Virus record (IMG/VR): IMGVR_UViG_3300033153_009650
Location: 1-64,000 of that record
From: a virus
DNA: 64,000 nt
Strand: one strand, 5' to 3'
A program made the position numbers and the translations under genes. This document shows, one piece after another, positions 38,662-49,140 of this stretch (position 1 is its first letter; each line of letters begins with the position of its first letter). The notes beneath the pieces are model-generated. The model saw only the letters and a list, made by a program, of their open reading frames with translations. It was not told the origin of the DNA and made no database searches.

Positions 38662-40125
38662 TCATATTAAGCAACTATCCAAGTAAGGTTTTCCAATTTT
38701 GAGTTGTTGAAGAACTATGCACTGTTGAGAAACGCTGAAATCATCATCTCTTATTTTCATTGGAGAGATTCTCATAATCCCCAACTCTTTTTCTTCTGGA
38801 GTTTGATTTAAAGAAAAAGCAATATCTACTTCTGCCTTTTTTCTAATATCCTCAGCAAAGTCTCCCGATCTTACAACTTTTGAATCGTCTCTTCCTGTAT
38901 TACTCTGACTACCAGTTACAATTAAACAGTGCTTTTCCATAGCAAGAGCTTTATGCATTAATACCGTTTCGTATATCCTGTGACGGTATTCATTGGTCTT
39001 TGAATTCTCAGGAGCAAACTTGTCTGCATAATCAGTCACGATTATATCAGGAACCCATCCTTCATAGTATTCCCAATTATCAAGCATTCCTCTAAGTTTT
39101 GAAATATTCAGAGAGTTAGGAGGAGGGGTTATTAACTTAAATCTGTTGCCTCTTAAAAAAGTTTTCTTCAAAGCCTGCCCTTTATCAATTCCATCTTTAG
39201 CCGTTAGTTCTTCTTTTCTTTTCACAATATGATAAACAGCTGGTTTAAATTCTTCTGTTCCTCTACACTTGGTACAATATTTTCCTAAATCTGTTTTTCT
39301 ACATTTTTTATTTTGTCTTAATTCACAATCAAATACAGGAATTGAAATTTTGCCCGCCCATCTGGATTTAGGGAGTCCTGTCAAATTATGCTGAATTCTT
39401 CTTGTCATTTGTTTTTCCGACATTTCCAAACTAATGAACAAAACATTAAACCCTATGAACAATCCTCTCAATGCAATTTCTTGAAGCCACCATGTTTTTC
39501 CTCTTCCCATTGGACCAACGACCATTATTAACATATCCCTTTCAAAAGATCCAAACATCTTACCTAAATCGCCAGGCAGAGCAAACATCCTATCTCCTAC
39601 ATCTTTATCAAATGCTTTCTTAATTACCTTTGGGTCTGTGATAGGATCTATTCCGATTGTTTCCGATCTGGCTATTCTACTAAAATTGGCAATGAGAGTT
39701 TCTGCTTCTTCCACATTATCATTAACAAGATCGCTTGACAATTGCTGTCTTAGAATTTCTAAGGATGACTTTCTGAAATGAATTTCTGACTTATCGAGGA
39801 TATAATCTATATTGAATGTCTGACTACTTTCATATTCTCCTGAGATGCTGGCAAGGAAATCTCTTATCAAGGCAATCTGATCAGGATCATTTTCTCTTTT
39901 TTCATAGGTTAAAAATAGATCCTGAATTTGTTTCCCTGGGGCTTGCTTATATTGACCATAATATTTTTTGCACCATTCTGCAATAGTTTTGGCATAAGGC
40001 AAAAGAAGAAAATCAGGACGATAGATATCCAACACTTGCGTCAAAAAGTTAGTACTGATTATCATTCCTGTTATGATTTGCCGTTCTATACGACTATCGA
40101 TTATGGGTTTACGTCTGGTGATCAT
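38662..40125 (-). CDS. DnaB-like replicative helicase with Cys-rich insert
   Basis: GPMGRGKT, FISLEMS, IVTDYAD, TGSQSN, AEDIRK. Confidence 0.85.
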   Translation of the reverse strand: MITRRKPIIDSRIERQIITGMIISTNFLTQVLDIYRPDFLLLPYAKTIAEWCKKYYGQYKQAPGKQIQDLFLTYEKRENDPDQIALIRDFLASISGEYESSQTFNIDYILDKSEIHFRKSSLEILRQQLSSDLVNDNVEEAETLIANFSRIARSETIGIDPITDPKVIKKAFDKDVGDRMFALPGDLGKMFGSFERDMLIMVVGPMGRGKTWWLQEIALRGLFIGFNVLFISLEMSEKQMTRRIQHNLTGLPKSRWAGKISIPVFDCELRQNKKCRKTDLGKYCTKCRGTEEFKPAVYHIVKRKEELTAKDGIDKGQALKKTFLRGNRFKLITPPPNSLNISKLRGMLDNWEYYEGWVPDIIVTDYADKFAPENSKTNEYRHRIYETVLMHKALAMEKHCLIVTGSQSNTGRDDSKVVRSGDFAEDIRKKAEVDIAFSLNQTPEEKELGIMRISPMKIRDDDFSVSQQCIVLQQLKIGKPYLDSCLI

Positions 40126-41039
40126 GAATAGTAAAATTCCTCCTTAGGAGTTTTTCGGATTGTCCCTGTAGGTTCTTTTTTCTTTCTTAATACTTTTGGT
40201 TTATGTTTTTCAGGTTGGGATTGTAAATATGCAGACATGATGTTTTCAAATTTGGTTAAACCATTTTTAGATTTATGACGAAGAACAACAAGACTCCTTA
40301 AATTTGCTTTCCAAAAATTATTATTCAGAACCCATTTTATTACAGGAGTAATTTCTTTTTGGAAGTTGAATCCATCAATACGAACCAACTTGTCTAAAGT
40401 ATCAACAGAATTAGAAATGACAGAACCTTTTGGAGAGGATTTGTTTGTATCCCAAATACTATGCATATCCTTACCTCCTGTTATGGAGGCTCTTTCCTTT
40501 AGAAACCAGTTGGAAAGATTTTTGTAAAGTCTGTGATTTTTGATTTTGGGGTAAATATTTTTCTTATTACTATATATCTTATTACTATATATCTTATTAC
40601 TATACCCTTGGTTTTCTATTTCTGGATTATCTATTTCATGGAAATCTAAAACAAGCTTTTCAAGTTTATCTTCATTTATTATCGTCGGAGTTGAAAAACA
40701 AATATGGACCCAATTAGTTATTCTCTTTTTTTCATCCCTCATAGAAGTTCTGTATAAATAATGATTTTTAATTAATTCGTTAATGGAAGATCTTATGGCG
40801 GTTTCTCCGTCTGTAGAAGTAGATGTTAGACTACTAATCCATAATTTCCAATTGTCAGGTCGGGTCATTATGTAGGCATGAAGACCTTTTGCTTTAAAAG
40901 ATAAATTCTTGTCCAATAAGGAAGTTAGATTAATAGTTTTGTGGTATTCGTCTTGCTTGCCTGCTTTGACGATTATTAACATGCCTTTTTGAGGATCGTT
41001 TCTTTTATATTCCAAAGACAACCTCCCAGGTGTTGGCAA
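40122..41039 (-). CDS. Replication initiator-like HTH protein
   Basis: LSFKAKGLHAYIMTRPDNW...DGETAIRSSINELIKNHYL; internal tandem repeat; upstream of the helicase. Confidence 0.7.
   Translation of the reverse strand: MPTPGRLSLEYKRNDPQKGMLIIVKAGKQDEYHKTINLTSLLDKNLSFKAKGLHAYIMTRPDNWKLWISSLTSTSTDGETAIRSSINELIKNHYLYRTSMRDEKKRITNWVHICFSTPTIINEDKLEKLVLDFHEIDNPEIENQGYSNKIYSNKIYSNKKNIYPKIKNHRLYKNLSNWFLKERASITGGKDMHSIWDTNKSSPKGSVISNSVDTLDKLVRIDGFNFQKEITPVIKWVLNNNFWKANLRSLVVLRHKSKNGLTKFENIMSAYLQSQPEKHKPKVLRKKKEPTGTIRKTPKEEFYYS
40563..40604. repeat. 15-bp tandem repeats inside the initiator gene (iteron/origin candidate)
   Basis: CTTATTACTATATAT x2 + CTTATTACTATA. Confidence 0.6.
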
Positions 41040-41077
41040 CAGTCGTATGTTGCGAAGGTTAATAAGAAAAGAGGGTA

Positions 41078-41105
41078 TGTCGGGGACACACCACTATCCC
41101 CGACA
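41078..41105 (-). promoter_or_regulatory. GC-rich hairpin in the initiator leader
   Basis: TGTCGGGGA-10 nt-TCCCCGACA. Confidence 0.5.
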
Positions 41106-41171
41106 CAAAACCTTGTTGGCCTCAAGGCACCCTGCACCGGACCGACTGGAAAAAATATCCAATCTGAGGGT

Positions 41172-41200
41172 ATAATATAATAGTAAATTAAAGAAATCAA
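41172..41200 (-). promoter_or_regulatory. Sigma70-like promoter for the initiator/helicase operon
   Basis: Minus strand TTGATT-17 nt-TATTAT, preceded by an A-rich UP element. Confidence 0.55.
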
Positions 41201-41234
41201 GTATTTTTTTATTTTTTTTATTTTCCTAAATATT

Positions 41235-42140
41235 TCAATTAGATAACAGTTCTGATTTCAATTGTCGCGCGTCTTTTTGCGACATGTTTGCAGGGTCGTC
41301 TTCTGTGGATATAATTTCTACATCTTTTCCAAATCCATTTAAAATGATAGCTAATTTATCTGCTTGCGCTTGTGCTTGTGGATCATCATCAAAGAAAACG
41401 AAATAAGATTCAAATTGATTTAGAAGCATTCTGACTTGGCTCTTAGTAAATTCAATTCCAAAGGTTCCGACCGCTCCAGGACCAAATCTCCAAACATCGG
41501 TAATCCCTTCGACTATGATCACTGATTTATTTTTGGTTTTATCAATTCCATAGAGTGTATGTTTGTGGTGAAGAATTTCATTTTCCATTTCACAGGCTTT
41601 ATACTTTGCTTCTTGTCTATCTGTAATATCTCTACCTTGATAGCTAACGAATTGATTTTGAAAATAAATAGGGGCTATAATTCTAAATCTATAATCTCCA
41701 AGATGACTTGTTCCTTTAAGATTCCATTCATGGATAAGGTCGTCAGGATCAAAATTTCTGGATAATAGGTATTTTCTGTGAAAATCACTAAGAGACTGGC
41801 AATTTGGAGGAAAAGTCATGCCTTTATATTGGGGAGAGGGTAAACGTCGAGTCTCACCTATGTCTCGACTGGATTCAGGCTTGTTTTTATATTTTTTAAG
41901 GTAGGTTTTGGCTGCGGGAAAAGAACATCCTAATAATTCCATGATAATATCGGGAAGAGATCTCCATCCGCAGCGCCAACAATTATAATATTCCTTTTCG
42001 ATATTAAAACCTCCGTGCCAACCTTCATGTCCTGAACAGAATGGACATTTGATTTGTATCCATTTTGTCCTGGCGTGTTTGCCTCGGTCAGTATTTGGGA
42101 TTCCAAAATCGTCAAGGAATTGTTTAATGTTGAATATCAT
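41235..42140 (-). CDS. DNA primase (Zn finger + TOPRIM)
   Basis: CPFC...CWRC, YQGR, IVEGITDV, FFDDD. Confidence 0.85.
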   Translation of the reverse strand: MIFNIKQFLDDFGIPNTDRGKHARTKWIQIKCPFCSGHEGWHGGFNIEKEYYNCWRCGWRSLPDIIMELLGCSFPAAKTYLKKYKNKPESSRDIGETRRLPSPQYKGMTFPPNCQSLSDFHRKYLLSRNFDPDDLIHEWNLKGTSHLGDYRFRIIAPIYFQNQFVSYQGRDITDRQEAKYKACEMENEILHHKHTLYGIDKTKNKSVIIVEGITDVWRFGPGAVGTFGIEFTKSQVRMLLNQFESYFVFFDDDPQAQAQADKLAIILNGFGKDVEIISTEDDPANMSQKDARQLKSELLSN

Positions 42141-42689
42141 TAACGGTCCTTTGTCTGTTGAATTTTTTGATTATCGACAAGTATGCTTAAACATATAGGA
42201 CATATGGACCAAAACGTGGTTGCTGGATCATAAGGATCTCCGTCTCTATCTGTTAGAGCTTCGCAATCATCGATATTTCTATCACATTCAGGACAATACA
42301 TTATTATCTCCTTATTTTAGGTTATTGGTCGTTACATAAGCTCCTCAATATAATCAGGTTCCAGACCAAACCAATCCTCGCATATATCATAAGGTATTTC
42401 TCCTGCTTCTAATCTTTCAGCAAGATCTGTTTTGGCTTCATCAATTAAATCTTCTGCTTCTTCCTCTGTCATGCGATCCCTTTTCATAAGAATGTCTTTA
42501 ATTTTTTCCATTACGTTCCTTCTCTATTTCTCTTAAAAGTCCATCTCGTTGTCGACAACGAATGCATCCTTCTTCTTTTCTTTCTCCTCTGGCAATACAC
42601 ATTGTTAATAACATCCAATTAGCTTGTTTATAACACCAAAAGAAATTTTTCTTTGCTGGTTTCCTTCGAATATATTCTGTCATTTAGTT

Positions 42690-42742
42690 CTCCTTTCTAA
42701 GTATTATATATTATTTTTAGACTTTTTTAATATTTTATTTTT
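42690..42742 (-). promoter_or_regulatory. Conserved phage promoter box (copy 4) with RBS
   Basis: AAAATAAAATATTAAAAAAGTCTAAAAATAATATATAATACTTAGAAAGGAG. Confidence 0.75.
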
Positions 42743-44781
42743 GTCATTATCTTGTTAAGCAGTTCTGTTAATAATGAGCTTTCTTCAACTTTCTTTCCAT
42801 CAAGAACCTGGGATAAAATTTTTCTTTTATTATCGATCAATTCTATGATTTCTTCTTCAAGGGTATCATAGGCAATTAAATAATAAGAGCTGACAGAATC
42901 CGCTTCTTGTCCTATTCTGTGAATTCTGTCCTCTGCTTGATCGTGTTCTCCGGGAGTCCAGCCTAATTCTATGAAGCAGGTTGAACTGGCGGCAGTGAGT
43001 GTTATTGCAACTCCAGCAGCTTTTATATTGCCAATGAAGAGTCTAATTTTATCATTAGATTGAAATTCATTGACAGCTTTCTTTTTAGCTGCTTCAGAAT
43101 CTCTGCCATCTAATCTGACCGCTTGAGGCCCATAAGCTTCTGTCAAGATATCAACCGTTTGTTGATGAGTACAGAAGATAACCAATTTTTGCTCCGAGTC
43201 CAGAAAATTATCAATCCAATCAATAATGGCCTTCATTTTGCCCTCAATTATTATTTGTTTTAATGTTTCAATTTTAGTGAGGGCTTGGGCTTTGTCTGCT
43301 TTAATCGCTTTTTCTTTTCCATAATGTATTCTAATCCAATCAATGAAGTCTCTTTCTGCCTCTATGTATTTTTCCTTATTATTAATTTCTAAGGGAATAA
43401 CAGTTCGAATTTTAGCTGGCAATTCTTTGAGGACGTCTTTTTTCAAACGTCTGATCATTATGGATTTGGTGACTTTTTCATGAAGTTCTTCTGTGTTGGA
43501 AGAGCCGGTAAAATCCCAACCAAAGCCGTTATTTTTTGCTCCACAGTATCGGTGGGCATATCGCCAATAGGAAGTAAATCGTTCTGGAGCAATCATGTTT
43601 AAGCAGTTAAAAAATTCAATTGGCCTGTTAATGATTGGAGTTCCTGATAATCCTATAATATATTTTGATCTTTTAGCCAATTTTCTAATTGCTTTAGTTC
43701 TTTGGGCTTTACTGTTTTTTGTATAATGGACTTCATCTAAAATCAAAGTCTTTCCTTTATATCCCTCTTGTTTTAGAATAGATTCCCATCCTTGGGATCT
43801 TTCTATAACTTTGCCATCCTTATTTTTTCTCACTCTGTCTGCAATGATGTCATAATTAATGATTGAGATTCCTTTTTGCAAGGTAAGAGAATCAAAGACT
43901 TTTGACCTTCCAGAAAGAACTTGAACAGGAATATCAGGTATACATATTTTATGCTCTTTTTGCCAAACAAATTTGGCGGTTGCAGGAGTTATGATTAAGG
44001 CAGGTAAAGATGTTTCTTCATTAAGTTGAAGCCAAGCTAAGGCTTGAGAGGTTTTGCCTAATCCCATTTCGTCTCCAATTAAAGCCCTTCCGTTTCTGCT
44101 CTGTACAAATTCAACCCCTTCCATTTGGAAAGGATAAAGTTTTCTTTTTAATCCAGGAATATTAAGAATGGTTTTAGTTTTTTTGTATTGCATTTTGTTA
44201 TGCCATTCTTTTAGTTTAGGGGCAATTTCAAAACCCCATTCTATCAATTTTTCAAGACTGTCAACAGTACAAGGGCAAGTCCAAGGTTTGTCATCTAAAT
44301 CAGGATTCCATTTTCTTCCTTCTAAAGTTTTGACCTGATCTAATGTTTCTCTGAATTGAGGATCTCCTCTTGGAAATTGAAATTTGATTAGAATTTTCTT
44401 TCTTCCATCTAATTGACCCGCCCATTTAAGTGATTCAATATTTTCTTCTTTTTTCTTTTCTATTTTTTTGATAGGCATTGGTTTGACTTCTAAAAAGGAA
44501 AGTTGTCTGTGATATTTCATAATGGTTCTTCTGACAAATGAAATTTGTTTAGATGTCAGATATCCTCTGGTTTCATAAAATTCTGCAATATCACTGAGTA
44601 CTCCGGCATCTAAGGCGTTGAATCCTACACTGTTTTGCCAGTTAGTTCTTTTCATTAATTGTTCATCAGCTTCTTGTTTTCCATAAAGAGCCAGAAGCGC
44701 CCCTATTACATACTCATCTTTTTCTTGGATGAGCATTATGATGTCCGGTCGCTCGTTTTGAGCTTTGTCGGATGTTGCCAT
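42727..44781 (-). CDS. SNF2-family helicase (SMARCAL1/HARP-like)
   Basis: LYPFQ, GDEMGLGKT, DEVH, SGTP, QAEDRIHRIGQ. Confidence 0.9.
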   Translation of the reverse strand: MATSDKAQNERPDIIMLIQEKDEYVIGALLALYGKQEADEQLMKRTNWQNSVGFNALDAGVLSDIAEFYETRGYLTSKQISFVRRTIMKYHRQLSFLEVKPMPIKKIEKKKEENIESLKWAGQLDGRKKILIKFQFPRGDPQFRETLDQVKTLEGRKWNPDLDDKPWTCPCTVDSLEKLIEWGFEIAPKLKEWHNKMQYKKTKTILNIPGLKRKLYPFQMEGVEFVQSRNGRALIGDEMGLGKTSQALAWLQLNEETSLPALIITPATAKFVWQKEHKICIPDIPVQVLSGRSKVFDSLTLQKGISIINYDIIADRVRKNKDGKVIERSQGWESILKQEGYKGKTLILDEVHYTKNSKAQRTKAIRKLAKRSKYIIGLSGTPIINRPIEFFNCLNMIAPERFTSYWRYAHRYCGAKNNGFGWDFTGSSNTEELHEKVTKSIMIRRLKKDVLKELPAKIRTVIPLEINNKEKYIEAERDFIDWIRIHYGKEKAIKADKAQALTKIETLKQIIIEGKMKAIIDWIDNFLDSEQKLVIFCTHQQTVDILTEAYGPQAVRLDGRDSEAAKKKAVNEFQSNDKIRLFIGNIKAAGVAITLTAASSTCFIELGWTPGEHDQAEDRIHRIGQEADSVSSYYLIAYDTLEEEIIELIDNKRKILSQVLDGKKVEESSLLTELLNKIMTKIKY

Positions 44782-45380
44782 TTTCTTTTGTCTCCTTTCA
44801 GTATATTGGTATATTGTTTAAATCAATTTTGATGATATATTCAGACCATAATCTTTGCCAGTCTCCCCAAGAATTTTTGATTTCTTTTCTTAGTTTAATG
44901 GAAGTAAACTTGAACCTTTTCGTTTTGTTGTCATTATAGAAGAGATTGGGATAGCTTTTTGATTGTTTAAATCCTTTTTCGGTTAGTAATTCTTTGATTA
45001 TTGCAATTTTTACTATTCTTTGTTTTGGTGTCATTTTATTCTCCTTTTTATTAAATGGTTGTTATTAGAAGATTAAATCATTTATTACCTGCTCCAAATG
45101 AGTCGCCTATGAAGCTTCATCGTTTCTGATCCATCAAGTGGTCTAACGGCTTTTCATAGGTCTTACTTTAAAAATCTTCTTCTTGGGGCAGGGATAAAAA
45201 AGTTAATCCTTTTTTACCAGTACAAAGGTTTTTGTTTATAGAAGCGGCAGTCTTTACCATTTCTTCTTACACTTACGGTTTCTCTTAATCCAAAAAGACG
45301 TAGTATATATATTTTCTTTGTCCTGGCAACAATTTCCTTTACTTCAAATAAGGTATTTTTAATCGTTATATACATTTAGT

Positions 45381-45728
45381 TTATCTCCTTAGCATCTTTA
45401 AAATTCTCCGAAACTGCGGCACGGTATGAAATTCTGTTGGTCTAAATTCTTCCCGCATCCAGAACCTTATATACCCACGCCTTAAAGAAATCCATTGCTT
45501 TTCACCATTGATTAGGGTATATGCCTGGGCATGGTGTAATGATCTCCCTATACTTGGTCCAATAGCCACCATAGCCATATGCCCTGAATATAATTGGTAT
45601 ATCTCCGCGCAGATCAGAGCTTTTTCCCCACAGATGAACTTGATTTTTGTTATGTCCGGCCCGTATTTATTTTGATGTGTGGCGCAACCGATCAAAAGCA
45701 AGGGTATAATCAACCATAGCTTTTTCAT
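45381..45728 (-). CDS. Putative lipoprotein
   Basis: MKK + hydrophobic stretch + LIGC lipobox. Confidence 0.6.
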   Translation of the reverse strand: MKKLWLIIPLLLIGCATHQNKYGPDITKIKFICGEKALICAEIYQLYSGHMAMVAIGPSIGRSLHHAQAYTLINGEKQWISLRRGYIRFWMREEFRPTEFHTVPQFRRILKMLRR

Positions 45729-45746
45729 GCTAACTCCTTTCCCCGA

Positions 45747-46097
45747 TTAATTGTTATCAGGATTGCCAATGTCACGATCAACATATGTCAATAAATGCTG
45801 TAGCTCATGGCCCAGTAAACACTCAGACCACGGCCGGATTTTACTATTTTTTCTAACTGCTAAAATCCAGATTGACTGGGTGTTCGGGTCATAAAATCCG
45901 TCAATATTCTGTTCGCCCGTAATCGCTTGTTGCCATTTATATGTGTGGTTTTTTAGGAACATACTCCGGTCCGAGCAGAAATGTATTGTATGTGCTGGTA
46001 CAGTCACCACCCGGTAAAATGATTCGGGTTTTGATGTTACGCATGATATTGCTAATAAAATCATTGCTAAGATTAGCCCGGATAATTTTCTATTCAT
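45747..46097 (-). CDS. Putative lipoprotein with HExxH metallopeptidase motif
   Basis: LAISC lipobox; GFYDP...LGHELQH. Confidence 0.6.
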   Translation of the reverse strand: MNRKLSGLILAMILLAISCVTSKPESFYRVVTVPAHTIHFCSDRSMFLKNHTYKWQQAITGEQNIDGFYDPNTQSIWILAVRKNSKIRPWSECLLGHELQHLLTYVDRDIGNPDNN

Positions 46098-46397
46098 AGC
46101 CGCCTCCTAATGAATTGCCATCCAGCACCAGTAGTAACCAAATGCCACTCCAAAAAGCCAGATAAAAAAGTATTTTAGATATTTATTCATTTAATCACAC
46201 CTCCTCGATTTTAAAATTATCTACTTGTCCATTAAATCTATCCGTTACTGCTCGTAGGATTTGGCCGGAATCCTTTACTATTCTCATCATGAATAATCTT
46301 TTTGCTTGAGCAGATGAAAATGCACGACAGTAATAGATCAAGGGTTGTCCACTAAAATTAAAGGTTCCCCGATAATGTTTTTTTTGTTTCATTATTT

Positions 46398-46440
46398 CCT
46401 CCTTTCTTTGTATTATATAATATTTTTTAACATTTTCAAA
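46398..46440 (-). promoter_or_regulatory. Phage promoter box (copy 5, diverged) with RBS
   Basis: TTGAAA-16 nt-TATAAT-ACAAAGAAAGGAGG. Confidence 0.65.
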
Positions 46441-46442
46441 AT

Positions 46443-46471
46443 AAAAGGCAATATCCTCAAGATTGCCTTTT
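46443..46471 (-). terminator. Intrinsic terminator
   Basis: AAAAGGCAAT-9 nt-ATTGCCTTTT, followed by ATTTT on the minus strand. Confidence 0.65.
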
Positions 46472-46880
46472 CGATCAAAATGTTAAGTGCTACATTTCAT
46501 CCTCATCAAATAATGGCATTTCTAACATCTTATAGCAGACTCTTTTGTGGCCAGGAACTTGCGGTTCATTTGTCATATAGTGGCAAAACCATTGACCGTC
46601 TGGAAGGTTAATGAGAGAAATTATCTCAGTATTAGACGGTTGTATTTCCTTGCCCTTTTCAAAGCTCTTTCGATATTTATGTTAAGAGGCATAACTTTTT
46701 CTCCTTTCGTAAAAATGTTAAAAACTGTATTGACCAGATCGTCGTCAATATCTACATCAATCATTAACTCAACGTTTAATTCCATCATGTATGCTCGAAT
46801 TTCATCTTTTCCTGGTTTTTGTCCTTCAAAATGGATTACAATCATTTCCCATGCATCACCTGTTTTTTCATTCATCATTT

Positions 46881-47372
46881 TTATCTCCTCCTTTTGTATT
46901 GAATTCCTTGCGCCATCTGAATTTGTTCTTTTAGGTTTGCTCTGGCTTCTTCAATTTCTTTTGCCTGTTCTGAGGTTGAAATTATTTTATTCTCTTTTCC
47001 TCCATCTAATTCCCTCAAGCCTAATCGGATTTCGTTGAATGCATTTTTTATGGCAGGAACAACCCACCCCTGATGTCGTAAATATTTGAATATAGCGTGG
47101 CGAGTTATGCCTCTTCCTGTTTCTAATGCAATTTCTATTAATTCAGTTGGAGTATTGAAAATTAGTTCAGTTACTTCTTTTGCCTCTTCAGATAGAATAC
47201 TGAGAAGTTCTCTGAAGAGAAATTCTCTTTCTGGAGTTTCTGAGATTTCAATATTTTCTGATGCAATTAATTCATTTTCCCATTGTTCGTAATTCAACCA
47301 GGGAAGTTGTTCGAAAAGTAGAGCCTTTCTGGCAGGATTGAGTTTTCTTTCATCTGGATTCCAATGTTGCAT
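46881..47372 (-). CDS. Hypothetical protein, sigma region-4-like
   Basis: TPEREFLFRELLSILSEEAKEV resembles the segment preceding sigma region 4. Confidence 0.35.
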   Translation of the reverse strand: MQHWNPDERKLNPARKALLFEQLPWLNYEQWENELIASENIEISETPEREFLFRELLSILSEEAKEVTELIFNTPTELIEIALETGRGITRHAIFKYLRHQGWVVPAIKNAFNEIRLGLRELDGGKENKIISTSEQAKEIEEARANLKEQIQMAQGIQYKRRR

Positions 47373-47614
47373 TTTTATTCCTCCTCCTCAAGTTTTAAAC
47401 AGTCCAGTGGCTTGGGCACTCTTCCTTTCTTATCATAGTATAAAGGACCAAAACCAAAGTTGCATACGGGAAGAGCCTCTTTATTGCTGAAATGTGTGCA
47501 TATACTGTCACCATTCCAGCAGTATTCGCCTTCAGGAACATTAATTGGCATAAGTACCGTCTTATATCTTTTTTCATATTGTATCATTTTTTTTCTCCTA
47601 TTTATATGTTGTCT

Positions 47615-48130
47615 TCATATTTTTTCAATATCATTTCTATATCTGCAAAATTCGTTGTAGTATGGCCGTAATACTCTCAGCGCTTTCTGCGCTTTTTTAG
47701 ATACATTTTTTGTGTCTAATCGGCCTATATGAGCTATTAATTGCCAAACAAATCGAGTATTGACTTTCATTCCAAAACTACCACACCACAAGGGCAAACA
47801 GCTAAAATCAAGGTCGGCTCCCCGAAGGTCAGCTCCCTGAAGGTGAGCTCCCTGAAGTTGGGCTCCCCGAAGGTCAGCTCCCTGAAGGTGAGCTCTCCAA
47901 AGGTCGGATCCCCGAAGGTCAGCTCTCCGAAGGTCGGCTTCCTGAAGGTCGGTTCCCTGAAGTTGGGTTCTCCAAAGGTCGGATCCCCGAAGGTCAGCTC
48001 TCCGAAGGTCGGCTTCCTGAAGGTCGGCTCTCCGAAGGTCGGCGTCCTGAAGTTGGGCTCCCTGAAGGTCGGCTTCAAAAGTTGTTTCAATTTCCAACAT
48101 AACCTGTCCAAAACGATTTTTAATTTTCAT
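47615..48130 (-). CDS. Pentapeptide repeat protein
   Basis: About 17 A(D/Q/H)Lxx repeats, then LPLWCGS. Confidence 0.92.
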   Translation of the reverse strand: MKIKNRFGQVMLEIETTFEADLQGAQLQDADLRRADLQEADLRRADLRGSDLWRTQLQGTDLQEADLRRADLRGSDLWRAHLQGADLRGAQLQGAHLQGADLRGADLDFSCLPLWCGSFGMKVNTRFVWQLIAHIGRLDTKNVSKKAQKALRVLRPYYNEFCRYRNDIEKI

Positions 48131-48470
48131 CTCTCTCTTCCTCCCGTTTATAGTATTTAACCTCTGTTAATCCGCCGTCTCAGTGTATCCACAGCTTCCT
48201 CGGCAACAGCATGTTTTCCTTTCGCAGAGAGCGTGTAAAACTCGCCCAGCGAGTCAGCATAGGCTGCCAAATTGTGCCGATTGTCGATGATAATTGTCAC
48301 GTCCATAATGCCCTGTGCATGCATTGTTGGCCCTGAGTAACGCAGTAAATTGTCAATTTGTTTACCGGTCAGATTCGCTGTTTTGACTATATTAGTGACC
48401 CATTTGTTTTGTTTTTCCGAACCATTAAATTTAATTTCCATTTTCCTATCTCCTGTGTTTGGGGTTAGTG

Positions 48471-48977
48471 TTAGTCATCCCAAAAATGACCAAAAAAGCC
48501 ATTTCCGTTGATTTCCCAGTGGGGGTTCCCCCATGCATCCTGCATAAGAGTCACGTCCCCGTTGACCAGATCGGCAACCTGATCGGCGGCGCGGTCGAGA
48601 GCGCCGTAAATGGAGCTACTATTTTTCGTCCAAGTGCGCTCCATTGGTTTTGGTTCGGCATCCAAGCGGACACAAAGCCATCTGATCTCAAAATCATCTG
48701 GGAGTGTAGTTGCTCCCTCTGGGAGTCGTCCACCAACTAATTGACCGACATACAATATGTCAGTGTCAGTCAACGTGATGGACTGCCTGTTTTGGGCAAT
48801 CTCAATGCCTAATAGATCGGAAAACACCCGTGCAGTATCGGCATGACCGACAATCGACACAGGTTTCGACAGTCTTTTGGCGATGGATGGCAGGTTGACA
48901 GGTTTCACCCTGATTGTCCCGCCGTCCGGTGTCATTGACAGTGCAAAAGCGTTTGAAATATAGATTGTCATTTTCAT
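48471..48977 (-). CDS. DUF1874/STIV B116-family protein (AcrIII-1-like cA4 ring nuclease) with C-terminal extension
   Basis: YISNAFALSM, SIVGHADTA (catalytic GH), NRQSITL, VGQLVGGRLPEGATTLP. Confidence 0.8.
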   Translation of the reverse strand: MKMTIYISNAFALSMTPDGGTIRVKPVNLPSIAKRLSKPVSIVGHADTARVFSDLLGIEIAQNRQSITLTDTDILYVGQLVGGRLPEGATTLPDDFEIRWLCVRLDAEPKPMERTWTKNSSSIYGALDRAADQVADLVNGDVTLMQDAWGNPHWEINGNGFFGHFWDD

Positions 48978-49140
48978 TCTCCTTTCGCGCCCTATCTCTC
49001 AGGCGCATGGTTAATAATCGTCCTCTCGTCCGTAGCAGGTTTTGCAGATCGAATCAAACACATTCCCTACTGCACCACAATTAGGGCAGACCCACCTATT
49101 ACCAGGGCAGTCTGTCCACCTACATTCTCCGATGTTCGGG

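Noticed and set aside
47741-48160. Repetitive ORFs 47741-48160 (+) and 47767-48111 (-)
   Set aside because: Alternate-frame shadows of the pentapeptide repeat gene.
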